DNA of 64,000 bases from a virus. The notes beneath the pieces were generated by a model, which saw only the letters and a program-made list of their open reading frames with translations, was not told the origin of the DNA and did not search any database. Made by a program: the position numbers and the translations under genes. Location of the stretch: IMG/VR virus record IMGVR_UViG_3300026311_000001, positions 19,873-83,872 of that record. One strand, written 5' to 3'. How positions within the stretch are numbered: position 1 is the stretch's first letter; every line of letters begins with the position of its first letter. Shown in pieces: positions 28,636 to 37,637 of the stretch.

Positions 28636-29455
28636 TGGTTTTATTTTCCGATTCTGTTAAATATGGTATTCCGTATTGATCAATACAAAGCCAATATTCA
28701 TTTATTTCAATATCCCTGAAATCTCTTGGAGTGACAACTGATATATTTTTATTTTCCCTATGTTTACTTATAAGTATTGTTGATTCTGCTAAATTTTGAA
28801 GTTCAGTGCCTAAATGACCTCTTGGCTTTTCCTCATCTCCTTTACGTAATGGATTTATGTGCAATACACAAGCAAAATGGCAATTCTTTCTGTCTGCCAA
28901 TGCTAAAAGTTTATTAAGAAGTTTTATGCACTCTTTAAGATCATTAAAATCATAAATAAACCTATGAAGTGTATCAAGTATTATCAATCCAGGTTCTTCA
29001 GTATTATCAATCACATATTCCAATATCCTTACCCTGTCCTCTGGTGAATATCCTTTAACGGACAATATTTTCAGATTATCAGGGTGTTTATCCAATCCTA
29101 ATTTTCTGCATATCCTATAAGCTATTCTGTTAACATAATACCTTGATTGCTCAGTGTCTATATAAAAATGAGTTTTACCAAAAGTATGACCTCTTAAATG
29201 CTCATCAACTATTCCGTTTTTAATTGCCGCGCTCATAATCAAACTAAGAAGAAATGTTTTACGGCTTTTCTGCTTACCTAAAATTCCTGAAATTCCACCA
29301 TAATTCATAAACAATTTTTCTGTAGCCCCTTCAATTACAGTTATGCAAGGCTCTGGTTTTTGAAATTTATCTCCAAATTGAACGGTAGCCTCTTTAATGA
29401 GTTCAGCTATATCTATTTCCTTTACATTCTCAGGAATGTTAATCTTTAACTGCAT
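28616..29455 (-). CDS. RecA-fold/AAA ATPase (DnaB-C/RepA-like, replication)
   Basis: Walker A GILGKQKSRKTF, Walker B LIILDTL. Confidence 0.55.
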   Translation of the reverse strand: MQLKINIPENVKEIDIAELIKEATVQFGDKFQKPEPCITVIEGATEKLFMNYGGISGILGKQKSRKTFLLSLIMSAAIKNGIVDEHLRGHTFGKTHFYIDTEQSRYYVNRIAYRICRKLGLDKHPDNLKILSVKGYSPEDRVRILEYVIDNTEEPGLIILDTLHRFIYDFNDLKECIKLLNKLLALADRKNCHFACVLHINPLRKGDEEKPRGHLGTELQNLAESTILISKHRENKNISVVTPRDFRDIEINEYWLCIDQYGIPYLTESENKTNEEDSF

Positions 29456-29862
29456 TTTGCAATGTATTCTTTTAATTCATTAATATCATTAGGTTTCCTA
29501 TCGTACTCAAATTCAAACTGCATAATTATGTTTTGGATACGAATAATATTTTCCACAGAGGGCTTTTTAGTAAGCTGTAACCTGTTATCAAATAAAAATT
29601 TTAAAGTCTCGTAATTAACTAGCCTGAAATCACTTTGGCAATAATCGTATATGCCAAGAACTAAAATGTATTTATCAAGCTCTGTGTCTACTTCACCGGG
29701 AAGTATATTGAATTTCCTTGATATAAGTTTATCTATATCATCGGATTGGTTATTAATAACATCTACCAATCCAGACAGTAGCTTAATGGCATAATTCTTC
29801 TGTCTTTCTGATTGAAAGTTATCGAATAATTCTATCAATTTATCTACTTTACTTTGCATCAC
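29446..29862 (-). CDS. hypothetical protein (replication module)
   Basis: 138-aa ORF coupled to its neighbours. Confidence 0.4.
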   Translation of the reverse strand: MMQSKVDKLIELFDNFQSERQKNYAIKLLSGLVDVINNQSDDIDKLISRKFNILPGEVDTELDKYILVLGIYDYCQSDFRLVNYETLKFLFDNRLQLTKKPSVENIIRIQNIIMQFEFEYDRKPNDINELKEYIAKCS

Positions 29863-30559
29863 TTAAAGGATAAAAATCTTTCCAACCACAAGTAATTGCT
29901 TTGTTTATTATTTCAATAGCATCAGAAGGAGTTTTAGCATACTCTTTTAATTTTTTTAATAATCTATCGGAAATACGATCAGAGTTTTGACATTTTAATT
30001 TTGGTCTTAAAGTAAGGTATTCAATAAAGGCTTTGTTAACTTCTGCGTTCTGAGAATAAATTTCCTTTATCTTATATTTTTCTAATCTGTCATTACTACT
30101 ACTTAACTTAGTATCTTCTTCTTTACCTAAACCATTACCTTTACCATTACCATTACCTGTGCCCCTCCGAAGCCCCTCCGAAGCCCCTTTGATAAAGGCG
30201 TCAATATTGGCAATCCCGAACTTCATAGAATATTGTTCAAATCGCCTTACAATTCCTCTATGAGACGGATTTTTTATAGGGTCTAATGGAAGGTTTTTTT
30301 GATGTTTTAAAAAATTATTTATATACAAACAATCACCTGTTATAGAATATGTTAAGCCCCTTTGAAGCCCCTTTAAAGCCCCTTCAATTATAATATTTGT
30401 AGTAACAATATCTGTGGCCCATCTTTTCACATTCAGTTCAATGAATCCACCTATATCACAATTATCACATAAATAGTTAAAAAGCAGTTTTTCCATAGGT
30501 TTTAAATTGGAATACCAACAGTCCGACCATTTATCTGTATTTGTGTATCTGTATGCCAT
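29849..30559 (-). CDS. replisome-organiser/DnaD-like protein candidate
   Basis: N-terminus ..DKWSDCWYSNLKPMEKLLFNYLCDNCDIGGF.. resembles phage replication-initiator N-domains; internal GNGNGKGNG linker. Confidence 0.35.
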   Translation of the reverse strand: MAYRYTNTDKWSDCWYSNLKPMEKLLFNYLCDNCDIGGFIELNVKRWATDIVTTNIIIEGALKGLQRGLTYSITGDCLYINNFLKHQKNLPLDPIKNPSHRGIVRRFEQYSMKFGIANIDAFIKGASEGLRRGTGNGNGKGNGLGKEEDTKLSSSNDRLEKYKIKEIYSQNAEVNKAFIEYLTLRPKLKCQNSDRISDRLLKKLKEYAKTPSDAIEIINKAITCGWKDFYPLSDAK

Positions 30560-30570
30560 TTATGAATTAT

Positions 30571-31764
30571 TTATGCTCCATTTTGTGAACTACCCACCCA
30601 CGCTAAAGCGATGGGATGGGCTTCATGGGTCAAAGCTCCTTCTAACGAAGGCAACGTACCATGATTTTTAAGTGTATGTTCCGTACACAATTTATTTAAT
30701 GCGAAATTTTTAATATTAACGGAAGCGTTAAGATCACGATTAAAAACAGAACCACATTCAGGACAAACCCATTCACGGTCTTTGAGTGTAAGTTCTTTGT
30801 TAATGTATCCGCACGCTGAACATGTTTTAGAGCTTGGTTCAAATCTCCCAATCCTTAGAATGTTTACACCGTTCCATTTTGCTTTATATTCAAGCATAGC
30901 AACAAACATTCCCCATGATACGTCAGAAATTGAACCTGCTAAACAGTGGTTCTTTAACATTCCAGAAATATTTAAGTCTTCCAAAGCAATAGATTGGTTC
31001 TCTCTTATTAACTCTGTACTGACCTTGTGCAAAAAGTCTTTTCTTTGGTTGGCTACTTTCTCATGTAGAATAGCTAACCGATGTTTACGCTTATTTGATT
31101 TGTGTCTTGAAAATTGTCGTTGCTGGTATTTTAAGCGATCTATTGATTTACGTAAGTACTTTGGATTGTCGTATTCTTTGCCATTTGAGGCAACAAGAAA
31201 AGATTTAATTCCTAAATCCACCCCTACTGTTGTTTCTTCATTAACTGGTTTTGATTGTTTTTCTACCTCGCCAGTTTCGCAAAGAATAGATACAAAATAT
31301 TTACCTGTTGGCGTTCTACTTATCGTAGCTTGTTTTATTTCTCCCTTTATCTGCCTATGTAATACAATATCAACACCCTTTTTAAACTTAGGAATAATAA
31401 GTTTGTCGTTATCAATTTTTATACTTTGTGGAATATTGAAAGACTGTTTTCCTCTACCCTTTTTCTTAAATTTAGGGAAATCAGTACGCCCCTTAAAGAA
31501 GTTTTCAAAAGCAGTGTTCATATTAACAATAGATTGTTGCAAAGACTGGCTATTAACTTCTTTTAACCATTCATTTTCTTTTTTTAAATCAGGGAGTCGT
31601 TTAACAAGGCTATACCAAGAATGGTTGGTTTTGTCTTTAGCGTATTCTGATTGTTTAAAAGCCAAAGCATTGTTATACACAAAGCGAGCGCAACCAATAT
31701 GTTTATTGATTAACTCAGCTTGTGGTGCTGTAGGATTCAAACGATATTTAAACGCTTTTAACAT
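30571..31764 (-). CDS. tnpB: TnpB RuvC nuclease (close paralogue of 24450..25628)
   Basis: MLKAFKYRLNPT.., VGVDLGIKSF, IALEDLNISGM, CSACGY..CPECG, NRDLNASVNI. Confidence 0.9.
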   Translation of the reverse strand: MLKAFKYRLNPTAPQAELINKHIGCARFVYNNALAFKQSEYAKDKTNHSWYSLVKRLPDLKKENEWLKEVNSQSLQQSIVNMNTAFENFFKGRTDFPKFKKKGRGKQSFNIPQSIKIDNDKLIIPKFKKGVDIVLHRQIKGEIKQATISRTPTGKYFVSILCETGEVEKQSKPVNEETTVGVDLGIKSFLVASNGKEYDNPKYLRKSIDRLKYQQRQFSRHKSNKRKHRLAILHEKVANQRKDFLHKVSTELIRENQSIALEDLNISGMLKNHCLAGSISDVSWGMFVAMLEYKAKWNGVNILRIGRFEPSSKTCSACGYINKELTLKDREWVCPECGSVFNRDLNASVNIKNFALNKLCTEHTLKNHGTLPSLEGALTHEAHPIALAWVGSSQNGA

Positions 31765-31869
31765 ATTGCAAATATACAATTTTTATATTAATTGTTATCT
31801 TTGTATAAGATTATTAACCATGCCTTACATCCAACCGACTGAAGATCGGTTGGTTTTACGGCATAAATT
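30585..31869 (-). mobile_element. TnpB-only IS200/IS605-like element 2
   Basis: Left end AATTTATGCCGTAAAACCA + hairpin ACCGATC..GTCGGTTGG, preceded by TTTAT (31874..31870); right-end hairpin + TAGTTCAC (30592..30585). Confidence 0.65.
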
Positions 31870-32009
31870 ATAAAATTTCATCGTCCCCAAAAATCCTCCT
31901 GAACATAGACCACAAAAACCTTATCCCTATGTAGAGATACCAAGAAAAGCAAAGGATTATCAAAATAATCCAGACAATTAATAGGATTGAAAGTGCTTGT
32001 ATCATATAC

Positions 32010-32477
32010 TTAATCTTTTGGTAGTCCTAATAATAACCTTATTGCTGTTTTTCTGTACAGACCTATATTGATTTGTTGTCTTTCTTCAAGGATTTCATCA
32101 ACAATTCTATCTATTGGTTGTTTTGATTTTAACGAATCAAACTCATATACTAAAGGCTGAAGTATCTTATATGCTTTTAAACACAGATATTTTAAATACA
32201 CGGATTCTTTATAATAAACCGAGCAATAATTATCAACCTTTTTAATACCTATAAAAACAGAAGCATGACTACCGTAGTTGACACGATTAGCAATGATTTT
32301 TTTAGATAACCGGTTTTGAACATACTTATAAAATATATTTATTGCGGTATATCTTGCTAATGCAATTGGGTTAGTTTCCCTGAGCTGTTGTTTTGAACAG
32401 AAATTATCATTCTGTGAATAAAAATGAAATGTCAATTTCAGGATCTTGTCAAAGGCTAATAAAAATTTTTCTTCCAT
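32010..32477 (-). CDS. DnaA-C-terminal-like HTH protein
   Basis: ..IALARYTAINIFYKYV..LSKKIIANRVNYGSHASVFIGIKKV.. resembles the DnaA domain IV pattern. Confidence 0.35.
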   Translation of the reverse strand: MEEKFLLAFDKILKLTFHFYSQNDNFCSKQQLRETNPIALARYTAINIFYKYVQNRLSKKIIANRVNYGSHASVFIGIKKVDNYCSVYYKESVYLKYLCLKAYKILQPLVYEFDSLKSKQPIDRIVDEILEERQQINIGLYRKTAIRLLLGLPKD

Positions 32478-32514
32478 GATGTATTACTTTTTCTTCCATG
32501 ATGTAATTTTACGA

Positions 32515-33039
32515 TCACTTACCAAGCGTAATTTTCACGTACGAATTTGAAGTTCTTACCGGTGGATTAATTTTCTCACCTGTAACCTTATCGTAAGTTT
32601 CCGTTTCCGCTTTTTCAATCGTTTTCAAAGCGTCCTCAGTCTTTTTAATCTGATCGAGTAGTTCTTTCCTCTTAGCGTAAAGATCATTCAGTACGCTTGA
32701 ATTACACCCGGAGAAATCATATTTAACTCCGGTTTCTGCCCTTTCAACTTTTGCACCCTTATATGAAAATACTTTCTGTGGATCTTTTTCAACTTCCGTC
32801 ATAATTCTGTCACGGACTAATTCATCAGCCCGGAGTATCTTAATGAGTTCTTCCATTGCCTTAAGTTGAATAGCAACATCAAGTGGGTTAATATACCCTG
32901 CATCGAGTTCGGCTCTGAACCGTTCAACAAAAGTATTTATCTGACTTTTATTTGACGGTAATACTGTTAGTTGTGAACTTGCTTTTTCTGGTAATCCGCT
33001 AATTACTTGATTATCAGAATGGTAAGTCATCTGCTCCAT
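32515..33039 (-). CDS. hypothetical coiled-coil protein (replication/recombination module)
   Basis: ORF 32515..33123 trimmed to the MEQMTYH start to limit overlap with the upstream gene. Confidence 0.4.
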   Translation of the reverse strand: MEQMTYHSDNQVISGLPEKASSQLTVLPSNKSQINTFVERFRAELDAGYINPLDVAIQLKAMEELIKILRADELVRDRIMTEVEKDPQKVFSYKGAKVERAETGVKYDFSGCNSSVLNDLYAKRKELLDQIKKTEDALKTIEKAETETYDKVTGEKINPPVRTSNSYVKITLGK

Positions 33040-33772
33040 CAGGTGTTGTTTTTGTGTTTTTCTTTTCTTCAAATCGCTGGTCAATATCCGAATACATTGT
33101 TTCAGTATCCGTTTTCGTATCATCGTATTTTACATCCTGTACATCTTCAATGCTTGAATTTACAATTTCTTCTTCTTTCTGAGAGAAGTAATGTTTAAGG
33201 TATTCCTGAAGTTGCCGGTCAAGTTCTGTAGCCTGTTTAATGTCGATGTCCCTTAATTTTACTGCTTTAAACACAGGTCTTTTGAAAGAAACGGATCCAC
33301 TACTATCTTCAACAGTTTCAAGTACCGAAACTCCAAATTTTTCTTTGTCTCCTTTGTAATCAAACCAAGGGGAACGGCTTGCACCGTGAAACTGGAAATT
33401 AACAAGTTCCATAGGTTTGTCTTTTACAATAAGTCCTGCATAAACTGACTTTGAATAGTGTCCCTGTATTCTTTCAACTTCTCCTTTGATCTTTTCCCAG
33501 GTTCCTACTAACTTGATGTCGGTTTTAAAGACCCTTACTGAAAGAAGTTCTTCTTTGATGTTTCTTACTTCATTTGAAACAATACCGGCTTTATAGTTCT
33601 TGTTGTACCCTTTAACGGTATGCAATTCATCAAGAACTACAAAGTAAATTGGTAAGGGCAGTGTGATGTTCTTTTCAGTTTCTTTATCATAATACTGAAA
33701 TGTTCCCGATTCTCCTTTAAATTCTAAGAATTTAACTGTCGGATTTTTTACTCTTGGATTACTGAAGCTCAT
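33014..33772 (-). CDS. SSB-like protein candidate (acidic C-terminal tip)
   Basis: Ends ..TPDGADDLPF*, the bacterial SSB-type partner-binding tip; body not recognisably OB-fold from sequence alone. Confidence 0.4.
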   Translation of the reverse strand: MSFSNPRVKNPTVKFLEFKGESGTFQYYDKETEKNITLPLPIYFVVLDELHTVKGYNKNYKAGIVSNEVRNIKEELLSVRVFKTDIKLVGTWEKIKGEVERIQGHYSKSVYAGLIVKDKPMELVNFQFHGASRSPWFDYKGDKEKFGVSVLETVEDSSGSVSFKRPVFKAVKLRDIDIKQATELDRQLQEYLKHYFSQKEEEIVNSSIEDVQDVKYDDTKTDTETMYSDIDQRFEEKKNTKTTPDGADDLPF

Positions 33773-33815
33773 AATTTATTATTTGTTTAATTAAAGTTAT
33801 TTGAATTTAATGATT

Positions 33816-34013
33816 TTATGCCATTTGTGCAAGCAATTGTACCATTTGCCCTAATTGAAATAACATTGAATCATAAGTATATGAAATAACGGCTTTGGCG
33901 AGCTTACTACTTTCATAAGGTTCAGTGCCTTTGTATTCAATATTTAGTTCATTGCAGGCTTTTTCCAGTATTTGTATCCTACTTTTTTCAATTAATATTG
34001 TTGTGGTTGTCAT
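33816..34013 (-). CDS. hypothetical small protein
   Basis: 65-aa ORF, first gene of the leftward operon. Confidence 0.35.
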   Translation of the reverse strand: MTTTTILIEKSRIQILEKACNELNIEYKGTEPYESSKLAKAVISYTYDSMLFQLGQMVQLLAQMA

Positions 34014-34142
34014 TATGTAAATTCTAATTCAAGGTCAAAGATAGTCATTTTTTTGATTGTGCAAAGAATTTTCCACATTTTTTATACAGTTATTGATTTA
34101 TTGTGTATATTTGTAGGAAATATTAAAATATGAAAACTATCA

Positions 34143-34340
34143 TTGAAGATTTTATTAAAAATGAATGACGAGCAAGAGCCTGAGTTACCGGAAGGGACAA
34201 CAATAAGGTTTGAAATAGGTGATCTAAGAATAAGTTGTAAGGCTGATGAAGAAGGTCTTGTCGTCCGCAAAACAAGTGTTACCGGCGAAGATAGGATTAT
34301 TATAGTCGGAATGAGTGGAAATGTAATCATAGTAAAATAA
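34143..34340 (+). CDS. hypothetical small protein
   Basis: 65-aa ORF, first gene of the rightward operon. Confidence 0.35.
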   Translation: MKILLKMNDEQEPELPEGTTIRFEIGDLRISCKADEEGLVVRKTSVTGEDRIIIVGMSGNVIIVK

Positions 34341-34347
34341 CGATAAA

Positions 34348-34617
34348 ATGAACCGAATACAAGAAGTATTAATTGAGCAGGGCAGAACGCAGGTATGGCT
34401 GTCCAAACAGCTTAACCGTAGCGATGAAACAATAAGCCGGTATTGCACAAATAAAATACAGCCGGATAATATTTATATGGAAAAAATAGCAAGCCTGCTG
34501 AACGTCCCTGTTGAAGTTCTCATAGTCAAACCATGCCCTGATTGTATGGGTAATATGATCTATAATGTGATAGAAAAACATTGGATATGTTTGAATTGTA
34601 AAAATGTAGTGGAATGA
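34348..34617 (+). CDS. XRE/Cro-type HTH regulator with C-terminal zinc ribbon
   Basis: GRTQVWLSKQLNRSDETISRYCTNK HTH; CPDC..CLNC. Confidence 0.6.
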   Translation: MNRIQEVLIEQGRTQVWLSKQLNRSDETISRYCTNKIQPDNIYMEKIASLLNVPVEVLIVKPCPDCMGNMIYNVIEKHWICLNCKNVVE

Positions 34618-35075
34618 AAAAGACACTAGCAAAGTATTTGAAAAAAGAAATGGTAAGCATAGACCCATTTGCGAACAAATGCAAATTAGCAAAAATTACC
34701 AATGATTTAAACCCTGAATACGATACGGATTACCATTTAGACGCTGTTGATTTTTTAAAGCAGTTTGAGGATAATTCAATTGATTTCGTTTTTTATGACC
34801 CACCATATTCATTAAGGCAGGTAAGCGAATGCTATAAAAATGTTGGAATACCTGTTACAATGGAAACCACGCAAAGCAGTTGGAGAACAAAGCACATAAA
34901 CGAAATTAGTCGAATACTAAAACCAAACGGGATTGTAATGTGCTTTGGGTGGAATAGTTCGGGTGTGGGTAAAAAACGAGGCACTGAATTAATCGAAGTG
35001 TTATTGGTTGCTCACGGTGGTAGCCACAATGATACAATTTGCACCGTAGAACGTAAGCCACCAAAGCTGTTTTAA
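34614..35075 (+). CDS. DNA methyltransferase (N6-A/N4-C class, DPPY)
   Basis: DFVFYDPPYSLRQ catalytic motif; small (153 aa). Confidence 0.6.
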   Translation: MKKTLAKYLKKEMVSIDPFANKCKLAKITNDLNPEYDTDYHLDAVDFLKQFEDNSIDFVFYDPPYSLRQVSECYKNVGIPVTMETTQSSWRTKHINEISRILKPNGIVMCFGWNSSGVGKKRGTELIEVLLVAHGGSHNDTICTVERKPPKLF

Positions 35076-35129
35076 CATTGCTGGTAATGTATCAAGTGTA
35101 TATGACGTAAAAAAAGCTAACACCAAACT

Positions 35130-36074
35130 ATGAACGAAGCACTAAAGGCATTTGAATTTAAAACCGAAGGGGAGGGAATTAATGTACTATCTCTTTTCGA
35201 TGGGATGTCGTGTGGGCAAATTGCATTGCAGAAACTTGGTGTAAAAGTTAAAAACTATTTTGCCTCTGAGATTAAACCACACGCCATAAAAGTAACTCAA
35301 CACAATTTCCCTGATACAATCCAGGTAGGTGATGTTACAAAACTACACGGTGAGTCATTTCCAAAAATAGACTTGCTAATAGGTGGCTCACCTTGTCAGG
35401 ATTTTAGCAGGGGTAATGCAATACGTGATGGATTGAATGGGATTAAATCAGGGCTTTTCTTTGAATACTTACGGCTAAAAGCTGAATTAAATCCTACCTA
35501 TTGGCTACTTGAAAATGTAGTGATGAGTGATGCTGATTATTTCACCATTAGCAACTACATGAAAACCGAACCAGTAAGGATTAATTCGGCTTTGATTTCT
35601 GCTCAATTACGTGACCGCCTTTATTGGACAAACGTAGGTCCGGAATACTTCGACTTATTTGGTAGCCGTAAGTGTGTAATACCACAACCAAAAGATAAAG
35701 GAATACTACTTAAACACATTTTAGAAAGTGGATATACTGATAGAGAAAAAAGCAGAGCATTACTTGAAAGTGATAGCCGACCATTACGGACACTTGAAAA
35801 AATGTGGCATAGATATTCTGATACAGGATTTACAACTGTGGTATTTGAAAGCCCTGATTTAGATTGGCAAAAAGGATTGAGATACTTTACACAAACTGAA
35901 TTAGAAAGACTACAAACTGTACCCGAAGGATACACCTCAATTTTGAAACGTAATGACGCAGCGTGTTTACTTGGTGATGGTTGGACTGTTGATGTTATTG
36001 CTCATATCTTGTCTTTCATGCGCGTGGGGGTTTTAAATTCAAATGCCTTACCCGAACTACAATATGAAACATGA
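35130..36074 (+). CDS. DNA (cytosine-5) methyltransferase
   Basis: LSLFDGMSCG (motif I), GGSPCQDFS (IV), LLENV (VI). Confidence 0.85.
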   Translation: MNEALKAFEFKTEGEGINVLSLFDGMSCGQIALQKLGVKVKNYFASEIKPHAIKVTQHNFPDTIQVGDVTKLHGESFPKIDLLIGGSPCQDFSRGNAIRDGLNGIKSGLFFEYLRLKAELNPTYWLLENVVMSDADYFTISNYMKTEPVRINSALISAQLRDRLYWTNVGPEYFDLFGSRKCVIPQPKDKGILLKHILESGYTDREKSRALLESDSRPLRTLEKMWHRYSDTGFTTVVFESPDLDWQKGLRYFTQTELERLQTVPEGYTSILKRNDAACLLGDGWTVDVIAHILSFMRVGVLNSNALPELQYET

Positions 36075-36090
36075 ACTCAATAGCTTTTTT

Positions 36091-36116
36091 TATGGCATAT
36101 ACACGTTGTTATGTGC
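36091..36116 (+). repeat. attC-like GTT-side half-site
   Basis: 3' arm GGCATATACAC + GTTATGTGC. Possible partner arm GTGTATATGAC at 35096-35106 after TTTTAAC (35070-35076), which would enclose the C5-MTase gene; tentative. Confidence 0.4.
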
Positions 36117-36240
36117 TGTAAACCGTGAGCGTATGGCAAGCCCAACATGTGCGGTGGGAATGGATTTGAAGCATTGCATATACGGCTGGTATATGCTGTG
36201 CGGCCTCCGGCAGGGGTTGGGCTTATTGAGGAGGTTTATT

Positions 36241-36376
36241 GCACATAACGTTGAGTGTAACCGCATGTAGCGGATTAGAAAGTAATAACCTATCAAATTA
36301 TACGAATATGAATAAAGAGCAGAACACTTCGCAAACCACAGAACCCGCTATTGCGGTTGACACTGTGTTAGGCAAC
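36241..36376 (+). repeat. attC-like imperfect palindrome (136 bp)
   Basis: GCACATAAC; arms GTTGAGTGTAACCGCATGTAGCGG / CCGCTATTGCGGTTGACACTGT; GTTAGGCAAC = revcomp of 36569-78. Confidence 0.65.
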
Positions 36377-36565
36377 GTACTTTATTTACCTGAATTGGTA
36401 ATGAGTTGGAAATCTTTAAATGTAGATAATTTTGGTGTTAAACTACCAATTACAACATATCCAGGGATGGGTAAATATTGGATACCTGTATTTGAAAGCA
36501 TTGAAGAATGCAAAAAAGAATATCCTGACAGTAAGGTGATAATTATAAAACAAGGGCAATGGTAG
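36308..36565 (+). CDS. hypothetical cassette protein
   Basis: Start MNKEQ in the palindrome loop; ORF track 36239 start unlikely. Confidence 0.45.
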   Translation: MNKEQNTSQTTEPAIAVDTVLGNVLYLPELVMSWKSLNVDNFGVKLPITTYPGMGKYWIPVFESIEECKKEYPDSKVIIIKQGQW

Positions 36566-36568
36566 TAT

Positions 36569-36625
36569 GTTGCCTAACGGTTAGTATAAACGGTCGTTTT
36601 AATGCCGTTTATACATTGTTGTGTG
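36569..36625 (+). repeat. attC-like imperfect palindrome (57 bp, minimal form)
   Basis: GTTGCCTAAC; arms GGTTAGTATAAACGGTCG / TGCCGTTTATACATT; GTTGTGTG = revcomp of 37118-25. Confidence 0.7.
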
Positions 36626-36732
36626 TCTGTGGGCGGTGATTTAGTACTAAACTTTATTTGAAATACTGAACAAAAAAGAAAAAAGGGAGGGGGAAAACTT
36701 TATAGAGTACCCATTTATATAAATCTGATACA

Positions 36733-37041
36733 ATGAAAGTATTAACAGAAGGTCACAAGTACCAATTAAGCGGTTTTGAGAACGCTGAAAACACTCAAGA
36801 AATCCAATTCATTGAGAAAACGCCAATTGAAGGCACAACCGAATTGAAAACGGTAAATGATGGAACAACTAACGAGGAACTTCTTGAAGTCTTAATTGAC
36901 CGAATGAACTACTTACAAGGAAAATTCCCTTGCCGTGAAAATGCAATTGTAATTACTAAACTTCAAGAATCTTTGATGTGGTTAGAAAAAAGAACGTCTG
37001 ACCGTAAAAAGAGAAATGTAGAAGGTAAACAATTGGCTTAA
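36733..37041 (+). CDS. hypothetical cassette protein
   Basis: 102-aa ORF. Confidence 0.5.
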   Translation: MKVLTEGHKYQLSGFENAENTQEIQFIEKTPIEGTTELKTVNDGTTNEELLEVLIDRMNYLQGKFPCRENAIVITKLQESLMWLEKRTSDRKKRNVEGKQLA

Positions 37042-37117
37042 ATTTTTGTGAGCGTGGGCTTTTTCTTTTTTGATTATTAGCAGAAATGTTGATTTGAAAA
37101 ACGGATTTAGCCCATTG

Positions 37118-37415
37118 CACACAACAAGGCTGGCGGTATGGGTATGTTTGCCCAACGCACCGCACCGGACTTGAATTGAAATACTTAACTTAAAAATACG
37201 AGCGATGGCATATTATTCATTGAATACACAAATAAACAAAGGGAAATACAAAGGGAAAAAAGTAGAGGAACTTATTAAAAGTACCGAAGGGCAAAAATAT
37301 CTTCTTGCCTTACATATTGGAAACTATAATGTGTTTTTAAACCCAGAAGTATTCAGAGCGTTGGCAGATTACACTCGAACAAAGAACGGCAAATTACCTA
37401 TACCGCATGTTAGCG
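37118..37415 (+). repeat. attC-like site, long and weak (298 bp)
   Basis: CACACAAC; arms GGCGGTATGGGTATG / CCTATACCGC; GTTAGCG = revcomp of 37511-17. The 3' arm lies inside ORF 37205..37516. Confidence 0.35.
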
Positions 37416-37516
37416 ATACGGTTTGCGATAATCCGCATTGCGTAGACGGTGTAGTAGCTGAAATATATGGCGAAAAAGTTTACTGCGATAAATGTCAATC
37501 GCAAACTGGACGCTAA
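37205..37516 (+). CDS. hypothetical cassette protein with C-terminal Cys cluster
   Basis: ..CDNPHCVDG..YCDKC; stop TAA inside CGCTAAC. Confidence 0.45.
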   Translation: MAYYSLNTQINKGKYKGKKVEELIKSTEGQKYLLALHIGNYNVFLNPEVFRALADYTRTKNGKLPIPHVSDTVCDNPHCVDGVVAEIYGEKVYCDKCQSQTGR

Positions 37517-37637
37517 CGTTTGACGGTATCAGCAGTATTTGCTTCACTAAATTTAATTTTAAACACAAATGACAAAATTAGCAGAAAATAATCCACAAGG
37601 CACGGCAAATATTGCTGATGACTGTGTGTTAGCCACC
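37511..37637 (+). repeat. attC-like imperfect palindrome (127 bp)
   Basis: CGCTAAC; arms GTTTGACGGTATCAGCAGTATTTGC / GCAAATATTGCTGATGACTGTGT; GTTAGCCACC = revcomp of 37887-96. Confidence 0.65.

Noticed and set aside
30100-30180. Short GGTAATGGTAAAGG-type DNA repeat
   Set aside because: It simply encodes a GNGNGKGNG linker within ORF 29849..30559 and is not an independent repeat element.
34082-34692. Minus-strand ORFs 34082..34330, 34224..34448 and 34369..34692
   Set aside because: They are antisense to the XRE regulator and the small + strand ORFs, have hydrophobic low-complexity translations, and no start context.
36043-36296. ORFs 36043..36270 (+) and 36090..36296 (-)
   Set aside because: They span an attC-like half-site, the ORF-less cassette and the next core, they are mutually antisense, and there is no coding signal.
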